Part shown: piece by piece, positions 20,302 through 31,372 of the stretch
Numbering within the stretch: the stretch's first letter is position 1
Layout: every line of letters starts with the position of its first letter
Assembly (NCBI GenBank): GCA_965249575.1
Contig: OZ252244.1
Location: 1,248,001 to 1,312,000 of the forward strand
Direction: 5' to 3'
DNA: 64,000 bases
Origin: Gemmatimonadales bacterium
GTDB lineage: Bacteria > Gemmatimonadota > Gemmatimonadetes > Gemmatimonadales > GWC2-71-9
Made by a program: the position numbers and the translations under genes
The notes under the pieces: generated by a model
The model's database searches: none
What the model was told of the DNA's origin: nothing
Seen by the model: the letters and a program-made list of their open reading frames with translations, nothing else

Positions 20302-20357
20302 GTAGTAGGGAGTAGTGGAACAGGGGGTAGGGGATACCTCCCCACTCCCTACCCCTA
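20302..20357. terminator. Hairpin between convergent glnA and RND genes
   Basis: Inverted arms gtagggagt...actccctac, in the same purine-rich heptamer style as the other intergenic elements. Confidence 0.45.
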
Positions 20358-23300
20358 TCCCCTAACCCCCACCACCACCTCTTCCTCACCCGCTCCTGCG
20401 TGGACAGGTCCAGCCTCCTTCTTCGATCCCGTTTGCTCCTCTCGACCAGCCCACGTGAAGTGCCTGCGAATCAGATCGTCGAAGTCATCGAGCAGGGAGT
20501 ACATCACCGGCACCAGCACGAGCGTCAAGAACGTTGCGAACGTGAGGCCCGCAATGACGGCGATGGCCATGGGGCCCCACCAGGACGCCTGCTGCCCTCC
20601 CCAGTAGAAGTCCGGCTGCAGGCTGGCGTACAGACCCACGAAATCGAAGTTCATCCCGATAGCCAGCGGAACCAAACCCAGCACCGTGGTGATCGCGGTG
20701 AGGATGACCGGCCGGAAACGGGTCATGCCCGCGCGCACGATGGCTTCACGCCGTTTCAAGCCGTCTCGCCTACGCAGGACGTCGATGTAATCGATGAGCA
20801 CGATGGCGTTGTTCACGACGACGCCCGCGAGACTGATGACGCCGACTCCGGTCATGACGATACCGAACGGCATGCGGAACACGATCAGGCCGATCAGCAC
20901 GCCGATAGTCGACAACAGCACCGAGGTCAAGATGATGAACGGCTTCGTGACCGAGTCGAACTGCGAGACGAGGATGAATCCTATGAGTGCCACCGCCATG
21001 ACGAAGGCCCCAAAGAGAAAGGCTTCCGAATCCGCCTGTTCCTGCTGCTGGCCCGCATACCGCAGGTGATATCCCGAGGGCAACGAGCTTTGAAACTCGG
21101 CGAGCGTTTCGCTCACTTCCGCGAGCACGGCGTTCGCGTTGTAAGCGGCGCGCACGTCCGAGGTGATCGTCGCCACACGGTCCAGGTCTTTGCGTTTGAC
21201 ATCGCCATAGCCCTTCCCGACCCGCCACGTCGCCACCGACGATAGCGGGACCTGACCGCCGTCCTCCGGGACGAGCGTGAGGTCGCCGAGCGAACTCAGA
21301 TCCTCGCGATACTCGCGCGCGAGTCGCACGACAATATCGTACTCGTCCTTGCCGTCGCGGTATTTCGAAGCTTCGGTCCCGTTGATCGCGCTTCGTACGG
21401 TCCCGCCGATCTCCTGTGTATTCAAGCCGTACAGAGCGGCTCGCTCCCGATTGACCTCGATAACCAGCTCCGGGCGACCACCCGACAGATCGCTCTCGAG
21501 CCCGTCCAGCTTGGCGAACACCGGTGAGTTTTCGAGTCGGCTCACGAGTTGTTCACCCAACTCTTGCAGGAAATCCGGGTCCTCACCCGAGATCTCGATC
21601 GCGATGGGTGCGCCGGTGGGCGGCCCCATTTCCATTTTCTCGACTGAGATATCCGCCCCCGCGATCTCCCGGCCAACGGTCTGGCGCATGTGTTCGAGCG
21701 TCACGAACGCCTCGACATTTTGATCCTGAAAGTCCACGAAGTTGACGGCGACGGTGGCGAGGTGGGTCCCGCCCCCGGGGTTGCCGAACCCGCCGCTGAC
21801 CTGCCCGCCCACCGTCGCAACGACAGACTCGAAGTCCTCGCGACCATCCAGTCCGCGCAGCTCGCCTTCGATTTTTCGGACGATTTGATCCGTTTCCTCT
21901 ACGCGCGTGCCGACGGGCGCATCGACCTGCACGTACACCGTCGTGGGTGGAATGTCCTCCGGGAAGAATTCGATGCCCGCATTCAGGAAGCCGAACGCCA
22001 TGATCGCGGCGACTAGCGCTCCACCCGCCCCGGCAAGCATCCTGAGCCGCCGTTCGAGCGCCCATCGAAGGAAGCGCTCGTAGCGCGCGATGATCGCCGG
22101 CAGCGCCGACGTCATGAACCAATGCCCGACCGGCCTGGCCACGTAGTGGTGAAACGCATACACGATAGCGCCGGTCGCGAGCAGGAGAACAGCCGTGAGC
22201 CAGTTCGAGACCAGGAACACGGCGACGACGATCCCGGCGCCCCCTAGCACGACCCGCCGAGCCATGGGCGTCAGCGGGGCTGTCTTCACTCCCTCGGTCT
22301 CGATGAGAATACTGCACAGTGTGGGAACGATGACGAGCGCCACGAACAAAGACGAACTGAGCGTGATGATGAGGGTCAGCGGCAGGAACTTCATGAACTC
22401 GCCCACGATGCCGGGCCAGAACGCCATGGGCAGGAACGCCGCCACCGTGGTTGCCGTCGACGCAATGATCGGGACAGCGACCTCTGCGGTGGCGAACTTC
22501 GCGGCGTCTCGCTTGCCAAACCCCTGCTCACGGAACCGATAGATGTTCTCCACGACGACGATGGCGTTGTCAACGAGCATGCCCAAAGCGAGAATCAGGC
22601 TGAACAACACCACCATGTTCATGCTGAACCCGACCAACCTGATGACGGAGAACGACAAGAGCATCGACAGCGGAATGGCAAGGCCGACGAACGATGCCGT
22701 ACGTAATCCCAAGAAGAAGAGCAAGACCGCCACCACAAGGACCAGCCCGGAGATGATGTTGTTTTCCAGGCTGTTCACCATGTCGTGAATGTCCTTGGAC
22801 TGATCTGAGGTCACATTCACGGCCGTCCCTGGAGGGAACCCCGCCTTCGATTGAGCCAGAATGGCCCGTACGGCGTCGGCGGTCGCAATGATATTTTCCC
22901 CGCTGCGCTTCTTGACCGACAGCGAGACGACGGAATTGCCGTCCAACCGCGCGAACGAATCACGCTCCTCGAACCCGAAGTCAACCGACGCCACGTCCCT
23001 GACGTAGACCGGCCGGCCCCCGACCGTCTTGACGACGATGTCGGCGATGGGTTCCGGGGTATCGAATTCACCGGGTACGCGCACCAGATACTTCACGTCG
23101 CCAACGTCGATCGCCCCACCAGGAATCGTGACGTTTTCGCGCCGGATGGCCTTGATAACGTCGTCAAACGCAAGCCGGTAGAACTTGAGTTTGGCGAGAT
23201 CGACGTAGACCTGCACCTCCCGCTCGAGACCGCCAGACAGCCGTACCTCGATCACGCTCGGGATCTGCTCGATGCGATCCTTGAGATCCTCCGCCACGTC

Positions 23301-23792
23301 CCTGAGCCGGGTCAGGCTATACGGACCCGCGACGTTGACTTGCATAATCGGGAATTGGGCGAAGTTGATCTCGACGATGCTCGGTTCTTCGGCGGCTTCT
23401 GGCAGCTCCGGCTTAGCGATGTCCACTTTCTCACGGACTTGCTGTATCGCCTCGTCCATGTCGACGCCCGCATCGAACTCCACGTTGATGCTGGAGTAGC
23501 CTTCGACTGATGTGGACTGAATGGTCTTGACGTCCGAAATGGTGTTGAGCTCTTCCTCGATGGGACGCGTGATGAGCGTTTCGACATCCTTTGGCGCAAC
23601 ACCCGAGTAGATCGTGTTGACGATGATGTTGGGGATGACGATTTCCGGCGATGACTCCTTCGGTACGACGCGATACGAATTGATGCCGAGCAGAATGAGG
23701 ATGACCGTCAACACCAACACGACCGTTGGGTGGTTCACGGCGAGCGAGGATACCTTGAACTCCCTGTAGCGTTTCTCCTCGGGCGTTGCCAT
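20355..23792 (-). CDS. RND efflux transporter permease subunit (AcrB/AcrD/AcrF family)
   Basis: LGMLVDNAIVVVENIYR, GVVVNNAIVLID and RFRPVILTAITT; 1145 aa. Confidence 0.95.
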   Translation of the reverse strand: MATPEEKRYREFKVSSLAVNHPTVVLVLTVILILLGINSYRVVPKESSPEIVIPNIIVNTIYSGVAPKDVETLITRPIEEELNTISDVKTIQSTSVEGYSSINVEFDAGVDMDEAIQQVREKVDIAKPELPEAAEEPSIVEINFAQFPIMQVNVAGPYSLTRLRDVAEDLKDRIEQIPSVIEVRLSGGLEREVQVYVDLAKLKFYRLAFDDVIKAIRRENVTIPGGAIDVGDVKYLVRVPGEFDTPEPIADIVVKTVGGRPVYVRDVASVDFGFEERDSFARLDGNSVVSLSVKKRSGENIIATADAVRAILAQSKAGFPPGTAVNVTSDQSKDIHDMVNSLENNIISGLVLVVAVLLFFLGLRTASFVGLAIPLSMLLSFSVIRLVGFSMNMVVLFSLILALGMLVDNAIVVVENIYRFREQGFGKRDAAKFATAEVAVPIIASTATTVAAFLPMAFWPGIVGEFMKFLPLTLIITLSSSLFVALVIVPTLCSILIETEGVKTAPLTPMARRVVLGGAGIVVAVFLVSNWLTAVLLLATGAIVYAFHHYVARPVGHWFMTSALPAIIARYERFLRWALERRLRMLAGAGGALVAAIMAFGFLNAGIEFFPEDIPPTTVYVQVDAPVGTRVEETDQIVRKIEGELRGLDGREDFESVVATVGGQVSGGFGNPGGGTHLATVAVNFVDFQDQNVEAFVTLEHMRQTVGREIAGADISVEKMEMGPPTGAPIAIEISGEDPDFLQELGEQLVSRLENSPVFAKLDGLESDLSGGRPELVIEVNRERAALYGLNTQEIGGTVRSAINGTEASKYRDGKDEYDIVVRLAREYREDLSSLGDLTLVPEDGGQVPLSSVATWRVGKGYGDVKRKDLDRVATITSDVRAAYNANAVLAEVSETLAEFQSSLPSGYHLRYAGQQQEQADSEAFLFGAFVMAVALIGFILVSQFDSVTKPFIILTSVLLSTIGVLIGLIVFRMPFGIVMTGVGVISLAGVVVNNAIVLIDYIDVLRRRDGLKRREAIVRAGMTRFRPVILTAITTVLGLVPLAIGMNFDFVGLYASLQPDFYWGGQQASWWGPMAIAVIAGLTFATFLTLVLVPVMYSLLDDFDDLIRRHFTWAGREEQTGSKKEAGPVHAGAGEEEVVVGVRG

Positions 23793-24898
23793 CAGTCGCG
23801 ATCCCCCCGGGCGTCCGGCGCGTCGTCACTCGCCTCAACGACGCGCACCCGACTCCCATCATCGACCAACCTGTTACCCACGGTCACCAAGCGGTCGCCG
23901 GGGCTGAGCCCTTGCTCGATCACGACGCGATTCGCGTACGCGGCCCCGAGCCGGACCTCGCGTGCTTCGGCGACCGCGTGGCCATCCCGTTCGACCACGA
24001 CGAACACCTGATAGCCGTTCTCCGTCCGCTCGACCACCTGTTGCGGGGCAACGATGACGTCGTCGAGCCGCTCGCGGACGATCTGCATGTTGGCAATCAT
24101 CTGTGGCTTGACCACCTGCTTCGGGTTGTCGAGAACGACTTCGATTCGGATAGTTCGATTGATCGCATCGACACTGGTGCCGACGAAGCCGATGCGGCCC
24201 TCGAACTGCCGCCCGGCAATGACGTCGAACGTCACGTTGGCACGGCTACCCTGACGGACCGACAGCGCGAACCGCTCCGGGACGCCGCCCACGACCTTGA
24301 CTCGCCGGACGTCCACCACGCGGGCAACCGGTGTGCCGGGAACGGCCATTTCACCCGCCTCGAGAAACTTTTCGTCGAACACACCCGTGACGGGCGATCG
24401 GATGGCCGTTCGCTCGAGGCGGGCCTCCAGTGTCCCTAAACGAGCCGCGGCGGCTTCCGCCTGCGCCTTGGCCTCCAAAAAGCGGATCTCACTGCCGATC
24501 TCCTCCTCTTCCCACAGAATCCGCTGCCGCTCATACTGCTCACGCGCCAGGCTCGCCGCCGCGCGCGCTTCTTCGGCTTGTGCGCGGAGGACGGCGGCGT
24601 CGATACTCGCAATGACATCGCGCTTCTTGACACGCGCACCTTTCTCGACCCAGAACCGCTCGATGGATCCGGACTCCTCCGCCGACAGCGTCACGTCACT
24701 CATGGCTTCGACTTCGCCCGTGATCCGAATGTAATCGACGAAATCCGAAAGCGTCGCGGGGGCGGCCTCGACATTGATGACGCGTACACCCTCGTCTTCC
24801 GGCTGGACCGCGCCCTCCGACGGCGCACACCCAGCGGCCACCACGACGGCGACGATTCCCGCCGTCATTTCCCTCGATTGGCTCAGCATCCTGGTCAT
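23792..24898 (-). CDS. RND efflux periplasmic adaptor (membrane fusion protein)
   Basis: Lipoyl/hairpin motifs VEKGARVKKRD and IRSPVTG, and GLSPGDRLVTVG. Confidence 0.92.
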   Translation of the reverse strand: MTRMLSQSREMTAGIVAVVVAAGCAPSEGAVQPEDEGVRVINVEAAPATLSDFVDYIRITGEVEAMSDVTLSAEESGSIERFWVEKGARVKKRDVIASIDAAVLRAQAEEARAAASLAREQYERQRILWEEEEIGSEIRFLEAKAQAEAAAARLGTLEARLERTAIRSPVTGVFDEKFLEAGEMAVPGTPVARVVDVRRVKVVGGVPERFALSVRQGSRANVTFDVIAGRQFEGRIGFVGTSVDAINRTIRIEVVLDNPKQVVKPQMIANMQIVRERLDDVIVAPQQVVERTENGYQVFVVVERDGHAVAEAREVRLGAAYANRVVIEQGLSPGDRLVTVGNRLVDDGSRVRVVEASDDAPDARGDRD

Positions 24899-26391
24899 CC
24901 CTCGCGGTTCGGACGGTACGCGGCAACCAGCGCCGGATCGTCCGGCACGCTGCCCGTCGCGGCATCGAGGTTCGAGCGCGCCGTCAAATAGTCGTAGACC
25001 GCCTGTGCATAATTGAATTCCGACTGCCGGAGGGCGACCTCCGCGTCGGTGATCTGGAGTTGCGAACCAAGACCGGCTCGGTATTCCGCCGATGCGATCT
25101 CGAAGCCCCGCTGTGCCTGGTCCACAGCCCTTCGTTGGCTCTCCACTCGTACCCGCGCTTCTCCTAAACTGGCCAGCGCGGTTTGGAGCTCGTTGACCGT
25201 TTGCTGCTCAGTCAACTCGAGGCGAGCCTGGTTCTGCCGCACGGCGGCCTTGGCCTGCGCCATCCGCGCGTCCCGCTTGAACCCAGTGAAAATCGGTAAT
25301 TCGATCCTGATGCCACCGGCGAAGGACGTCGACCGCTGGTTGGTGTTCTCACCGAAGAAGCTCGGACTGCCGTTCTCCTGCGCCACGATGTTGTAGTTCG
25401 AAAAGATCGAGAGCTTCGGGAAGTACTCCGCTCGCTCCACGGCGACCCGCGCCCGCTGGAGCTCGATGCCCAGGCGAGCCTGCCTCAGATCGCTACGCTC
25501 GACGAACGCCTGGTCGTGCAGATCGTCGAACGACTGGGCACGCGTGACTGACGGGCCCGAGAGCGCCAACAGAGTCGCGTTCTCTGGGCTGTTTTGCGCC
25601 GGATCGGCGATGTCCATCGCGTGCAGCTCGCCCTCGACTCGCACCGGTGTCGTCGGATCGGTGCCCATCGCCACGGCCAGGGACCGCTCCGCGGTGGCCA
25701 CCCCATCTTCCGCGCGCCGGAGGTTGGGCTCCAAGTTGGCCAATTGCACCTCGAGCCGGAGCACGTCGTAGGCGCTCGCCAGCCCCGCGCGTTTCATGGC
25801 CTTGGTTTCCCCGAGGGTCTGGCGTACCCGCTCGATGCTCACCCGATTCAGCCGAACCTCTTCGAGCCGAAGCAGCGTGTTGAAATAGGCAAGCCGAACC
25901 GATGACACGACACCTTGCACGACGCCACGCAGCCGCTCTTCCTCGAGCGACCGGAACCGGCCCGCGACGCCGAGCCCGATGAACGCCCCGACCTCGAAGA
26001 GTGGCTGGCTCAGCGACAGCCCGGCCTGCCAGCTGTTGTCCGCTCCGAACCGCACCGCGATCAGATCGTTCGGGCCGGCGTTGGGATCGAGGAATTGGGC
26101 CGGAAGAAACGCCTCCTGTATACGGAAGTTCCGCTGATAAGACGCGCTGGCGGAGATGTCCGGTAGCACGCTGGACCACGCCTCGCGAACCTGCGCACCA
26201 GCCACACGGAGCCCCTGGTTGGCGTCGGCGATCGTCCTGCTGTTGGCTAGCGCCACCGTGATCGCCCGTCCCAGGGAGACGGTTTCTCCGGCCGTCTGTG
26301 CCTGCAATGGCGTCACCGCCCCCGGGAACACGCCAAACCCCAAGGCCAGCACCGCGACCGCTTTCCTTTGAACCACTCGATTGAACCTCAA
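24895..26391 (-). CDS. TolC-family outer membrane efflux protein
   Basis: Signal peptide LQA|Q, AGLAS.YDVLR, YFPKLS, IELPIFTG and YRAGLGSQLQITDAE. TTG start overlaps the TetR stop. Confidence 0.92.
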   Translation of the reverse strand: MRFNRVVQRKAVAVLALGFGVFPGAVTPLQAQTAGETVSLGRAITVALANSRTIADANQGLRVAGAQVREAWSSVLPDISASASYQRNFRIQEAFLPAQFLDPNAGPNDLIAVRFGADNSWQAGLSLSQPLFEVGAFIGLGVAGRFRSLEEERLRGVVQGVVSSVRLAYFNTLLRLEEVRLNRVSIERVRQTLGETKAMKRAGLASAYDVLRLEVQLANLEPNLRRAEDGVATAERSLAVAMGTDPTTPVRVEGELHAMDIADPAQNSPENATLLALSGPSVTRAQSFDDLHDQAFVERSDLRQARLGIELQRARVAVERAEYFPKLSIFSNYNIVAQENGSPSFFGENTNQRSTSFAGGIRIELPIFTGFKRDARMAQAKAAVRQNQARLELTEQQTVNELQTALASLGEARVRVESQRRAVDQAQRGFEIASAEYRAGLGSQLQITDAEVALRQSEFNYAQAVYDYLTARSNLDAATGSVPDDPALVAAYRPNREG

Positions 26392-27065
26392 CGTTGCGCT
26401 CCTGACTCGATTTCGGAGTTCTCCAAAGGCTCCCGGCCCGACGCCAGGATGCCTTCCCGGACGTACGGCTCGAAAGCGGCAAACAGATCGACGGGAGACA
26501 TCTTGTCCTCCGATTCCTCTCCCTCGCAGGCACATCCCTTGAGGCGGCAGGCAAGCACCAGGGTCACCAACCCGTGAACGGTCGACCACAGATACAGTGT
26601 GACGAGGTCGGGATCGCCGGCGCGCATCGTCCCCGCCTCAATCGCGTCTACCACGCTCTGCCTGACCAAAGGGTACCCACCACCGCCGGGGAGGTCTTCC
26701 AACTCACGCGGATCCGGCATCTGTATGCTGAAAATAACCCGAAAGGACGCGCGGTTCTCCAGCGCGAACTGTATGTACGCCCGCCCCAATGCCACCACCC
26801 GCTCGATCGACCCCTTCGGGTGGCGAAGCATCGCTTCCTCCAAGTCGTGCCCAAACTGCGCGAAGGCGCAGCGCACGACTCGGTCCACCAGCTCTTGCTT
26901 GCCCTGGAAGTAGTGGTAGATGGCCGTAGCCGACACGCCCACCCGCTCCCCGACCGCCCGCATCGACAGCGCCCCGAGCCCTCCCTCGACGATGAGATCG
27001 CGAGCCGCGTCGATAATGGACCCCTCGAGGTCTCCTTTGGGGCTTTCCTGTGTCGACGTTGTCAT
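26388..27065 (-). CDS. TetR/AcrR family transcriptional regulator
   Basis: HTH LSMRAVGERVGVSATAIYHYFQGKQEL and a WHG-like LWSTVHGL motif. Confidence 0.93.
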   Translation of the reverse strand: MTTSTQESPKGDLEGSIIDAARDLIVEGGLGALSMRAVGERVGVSATAIYHYFQGKQELVDRVVRCAFAQFGHDLEEAMLRHPKGSIERVVALGRAYIQFALENRASFRVIFSIQMPDPRELEDLPGGGGYPLVRQSVVDAIEAGTMRAGDPDLVTLYLWSTVHGLVTLVLACRLKGCACEGEESEDKMSPVDLFAAFEPYVREGILASGREPLENSEIESGAQR

Positions 27066-27119
27066 AAATCGATATATTATATACAGTTATGACGAGTACA
27101 CTGCCGTTTGGACAACCGG

Positions 27120-27146
27120 TTAACGCTGTTAAGTTAACACCGTTAA
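27120..27146. promoter_or_regulatory. Tandem palindromic operators TTAACRCYGTTAA x2, putative TetR autoregulation sites
   Basis: TTAACGCTGTTAA (27120-27132) and TTAACACCGTTAA (27134-27146), ~55 nt upstream of the TetR start. Confidence 0.65.
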
Positions 27147-27505
27147 CTACGACGGCAAGGACACAAAAGTTTCAAGGCGGTCACGATACGCTTCGCTCAT
27201 CGAACTCCAGCCGTCTGACTGCCGCTCGCACCTCGAGCGAGACCGCCCGGGTGACGTGCGCTGCTGGTACCGACCCCAAGGCCTGCGCCACCGCCTCCAC
27301 CGCCTGCCGCTCGAGCGAAAACCAGGGCACCCACGGCCGCAGGCTCCCAAACCAGGTCCGCTCCAGATCGGGCCAACGCGTTCCGCGCCAAAGACGCACC
27401 CGCCCAAACCATGCCCGCGGCCGGATCTCGAGGTCCACGTGCGTCGCGCTGCCGCGATGCAGGGTGGTACGAATAACGGTGTCCGCCGGCGATCGAGGCG
27501 TTTCA

Positions 27506-28036
27506 TCAGACGCGAACATCGTCCACCGAACCCGCCCCGGATGAGGCGTCGCCTTGAGGGGGAAGCGCTGCTCCTTCTCGGGACCCTCGAGGACTTGGGC
27601 TTTGCCTGCCGAGCACCTCATCCACCAGCGCGTCGGCGACGTCGATGAGCGCGAGCGCCGTTACCCGCAGAGCGTCCCCGATGGAGGTCGGTTGACCGCC
27701 GGTAGCCGCAGGTCGACCGCCCTCGGCCTTGTCGAGCCGACGAAGAGTCCGGTCGAGCTCTGCGTCCGCAGCCGACCGGGTGTCCGGACTGTCCACCCCG
27801 ATGGTGCGCGTCCGCCGCCTGCCGTCCTCGCGCCATTCGATCCGCACCCGCCCGTTCTCGACATAACGCCGTCCCGTATGCGTGTATGACTTGACCGACC
27901 GCTGGTGTCGGCGGCGCGAGCTCTTCTTGCGGGCTGGAGGCACGTGGGATAGTACGCACAGGTGTCGAATTCGTTGCACCTGCACTCCATCTTGCCGCCT
28001 AACGGCGGCGCTCGGGGTGCCTCCGGCGCACAGCAC
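27506..28036 (-). CDS. Hypothetical protein (boundaries uncertain)
   Basis: Protein-like segment RVRIEWREDGRRRTRTIG...ALRVTALALIDVADALVDEVLG; no family recognised. Confidence 0.3.
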   Translation of the reverse strand: MLCAGGTPSAAVRRQDGVQVQRIRHLCVLSHVPPARKKSSRRRHQRSVKSYTHTGRRYVENGRVRIEWREDGRRRTRTIGVDSPDTRSAADAELDRTLRRLDKAEGGRPAATGGQPTSIGDALRVTALALIDVADALVDEVLGRQSPSPRGSREGAALPPQGDASSGAGSVDDVRV

Positions 28037-28107
28037 CTGATACCTTAGCTCGGATTCCGGCTGCGCCTCACGAGCGCCGCGCCGCCACGCCCCGACGGGA
28101 GATTAGC

Positions 28108-29006
28108 ATGACGATTCGCATAACTGCAGGAGTGAGCCTCCTGGTCATCGGCCTCTCGGAGGCCGCGCCGCCGCGCAGGAAGTCGGTCCCGAGCGGGGCT
28201 CACTGGTGATCGTGGGGGGCGGTGACCTCGCCGGGACCGGTATCCTGGAGCGATTCCTCGAACTCGCCGGCGGTGCCGCCGCCCCGATCGTGGTCATCCC
28301 TACGGCCGGTGGCCAGGAAGAGTACGACCAGCACTGGCCAGGTCTCAGCAGGCTCAGGCGTGCGGGCGCCCGGGACTTGAGAGTCCTCCACACGGTGGAC
28401 CGCCGCGAGGCCGACACGGAGCCCTTCGTCGAACCAATCCGGGAGGCCCGAGGAGTGTGGTTCCCCGGCGGGCGGCAATGGCGTCTGGCCGATGCTTATC
28501 TGCACACTCGCGTGCACGAGGAGATTCGGGCTCTGCTCGATCGAGGTGGCGTGGTCGGTGGCTCTTCTGCCGGCGCGACGATCCAGGGGTCCTACCTGGT
28601 GCGCGGGGACACCGAGACCAATACCATCATGATGGGAGACCACACCGAGGGCTTCGGCGTCCTTCAAGACGTTGGAATCGACCAGCACTTGCTCAAACGG
28701 AACCGCCACTTCGATCTCGTCGAGGTGATCGATGCGCACCCAGAGTTGCTGGGCATCGGCATCGACGAGGGAACTGCCATCGTGGTGCGGGGAGACCAGT
28801 TCGAAGTCATCGGCAGGAGTTACGTGTTCATCTACGATCACGAGCGGATGCTCGCCAATGACGACGCTGGGAATCTCCGCCCGATCGCCGGCCGGTTTTA
28901 CGCTCTCGCAGCGGGTGATGTCTATGACCTGACGGCGCGAAGCGCCAGCAGACCGACGACCGTGCCGCAGCCGCTGATGCGGATCGCACCGAAAGCTTGG
29001 CCATAA
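28108..29006 (+). CDS. Cyanophycinase-like serine peptidase (S51), secreted; frameshift in the signal-peptide region
   Basis: LVIVGGG, IVVIPTA, GVWF.GG.Q, GGSSAGA, IDQH...RNR and GIGIDE.TA. The RBS+ATG at 28108 is out of frame with the body. Confidence 0.85.
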
Positions 29007-29024
29007 TCTCGGACACGCTCACCA

Positions 29025-30876
29025 TGATGACAATCGTCTGGCACTGGCGGGCCGCTGCAACCGCCGTACTGCTCCTCGCGCTCACACCCTCGAGCACCGC
29101 AGCGCAGCGGGGAGGTCCCATCGCACGCCCATCACCCCGATTCCTGGTCCGCCTCGAGCCGAGCGTGATGATCCCGATGCGAGACGGCGTGCGGCTCTCC
29201 ACCGACCTATACTTCCCGGTCCGGGCCACCGATAAACTGCCGGTTGTGTTGATCCGCACCCCGTACAACAAACTAGGAGCGGGAGTCGAGCGAGACGCGC
29301 GGTTTTTTGCTGGTCATGGGTTCGCGGTGGCCATACAAGATCTGCGTGGGAAGTTCGAGTCAGAGGGACTGTTCACGAAAATGTCGGGCCAGGACCCGCG
29401 CGACGGCTACGACACCATGGACTGGCTCGCGACTCGACCCTGGTCCACGGGGAAGATCGGCACGTACGGCTGTTCCTATCTCGGCGAGACACAGATCGCG
29501 CTCGCTGCGATGCGCCATCCGAATCACTCGGCCGCCATCCCCAAGGCAGCCGGCGGCAATTACGCCGGCCGGCACACGTACTTCGGCCAATACGAAGGCG
29601 GAGTCGTCGAATTGGCTGGGATGTTCTGGTGGGAAACCGGAAACGGCAGTAAGGTCTATTACCGAGCGCCGGAGTGGCTCCCACGAGAGACACTCCGGCA
29701 AGCCAGGACGTATTTCAATCCGGCGCCCACGTTTCCGCCCATTGACTACGCCGCCGTCCTCTGGACCCTGCCAACTGTCGACATGATGAAAGAGGTCGAC
29801 CGCCCCCCGAACGATTTCGAGGCGTTCCTATCGCACGACCCGGGCGATCCGTACTGGGACTCCCTGGGCTATACCGACCGCAACGACCGCTTCGACGTTC
29901 CAGCCCTGCACGTGGACTCATGGTACAACGGGTCGATCGCCGAGCAGCTCGATCTGTTCAACCTCTTCCGGACGAACGCCGTAACTGAGCGGGGCGGGGA
30001 CAACCAGTTCGCCATCATCTCGCCCACGGCGCACTGCGGCTCGGAGAGGGCGTCGGAGCGGACCATGGTCGGGGAACGGGACGTCGGCGACGCGCGCCTG
30101 GACTACCATGAGATCTACCTGCGCTGGTTCGACTACTGGCTACGGGAGATCGACAATGCCGCGACGGAGATGCCCAAGCTACAGTTGTACGTCATGGGGC
30201 GAAATGAGTGGCAGAGCGCTTCGACGTGGCCGATCGGGGGAACGCGGTTCACCAACTACTACCTTCGCTCCGACGGCCGGGCCAACAGCCGCTTCGGCAC
30301 CGGCGCGCTGAGCACCGAGGCGCCGATGGTCGAGCCCGCGGATGAGTTCGTCTACGATCCGCGGGTGCCGGTACCCACCCTGGGCGGGTCGCTTTGCTGC
30401 ACCGGAAACCCGCGTCAGGTCTCCGGTTCGTTCGATCAGTCGGAACTCGAAATGCGACAGGACGTGCTCGTGTACTCCACGCCTCCTCTAGAGGAAGGGG
30501 TGGAGGTGACCGGACCGATGGAGGTCGTGCTCTATGTCTCTTCGTCGGCGAAAGACACCGACTTCACCGCCAAACTGGTCGATGTCTACCCCGACGGGCG
30601 AGCGTTCAACGTGCGTGCGGGCATTCAACGCGCTCGGTATCGGGAAGGATATGGCGAGAAGGTCTGGATGAAGCGCGCCGGGCAACATCGAACTACTTCG
30701 GCCCCGGTCACCGGATCCGCCTCGAGATCTCGAGCAGTGATTTCCCACGATTCGAGCGGAATCTCAATACCGGGGGCAGCAACTACGACGAGGCCGAGTG
30801 GGTGGTGGTGACCAACGGCATTCACCACTCACTCGACCATCCGTCGCATATTGTCCTCCCCGTTGTCAGCCGCTGA
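29025..30876 (+). CDS. CocE/NonD family hydrolase with a short internal deletion/frameshift near 30678
   Basis: [29 protein letters not shown], and [15 protein letters not shown]. The C-terminus [30 protein letters not shown]...SHIVLPV is in another frame. Confidence 0.88.
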
Positions 30877-30888
30877 GCGGCCCGGCAC

Positions 30889-31272
30889 TCATTGAACCGT
30901 AAAGGACGCACTCTCCAAGACTGTGCCGTCGGCCGTCACCACATCGACCCGCCAGGACCCGCTCCACTCGGCCGGAATCGCCTTGCGGCTCCAGGTGCGC
31001 CAGGTCGGCCCGCCGACGTTCAACGACACCCGGGCCATCTCCTGGTCGTCCCGATACCACACGTGCTCGATCTGTGTCCCGTCCTCCGCCCCGTTGATAC
31101 GCGTCCAGCAAACCACCTGTCCCACGTCCGCTGGGAACGTTTGCATGACCCCCTGCGGCTCGCGGTCGGCGACGTCCGTGGCGATGGCGATCTCCTCGAC
31201 CGTGGGGCCGTTCTGGGCGACGAGCGGGCCCGCGATGAGAGTGAGCGCCAGAAGCAGCGAAAACGATTTCAT
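30889..31272 (-). CDS. DUF2914 domain secreted protein
   Basis: Signal peptide LVA|Q, VADREP, CWTRI, IEHVWY, WRTWSRK and GSWRVDV. Confidence 0.8.
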   Translation of the reverse strand: MKSFSLLLALTLIAGPLVAQNGPTVEEIAIATDVADREPQGVMQTFPADVGQVVCWTRINGAEDGTQIEHVWYRDDQEMARVSLNVGGPTWRTWSRKAIPAEWSGSWRVDVVTADGTVLESASFTVQ

Positions 31273-31372
31273 CAAGCCCTCCCCAGGAATAGGATATGAG
31301 TCTCCGAACGCACAAATGCGCGTTGCTGGCCAAGTTGGCCGTGGTCTCGAGATCGCGAAGTAACGGACGTCA

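Noticed and set aside
27700..27900. Integrase arm-binding domain or mobile element remnant
   Set aside because: Only a short RIEWREDGRRRTRTIG resemblance; no catalytic domain or att sites.
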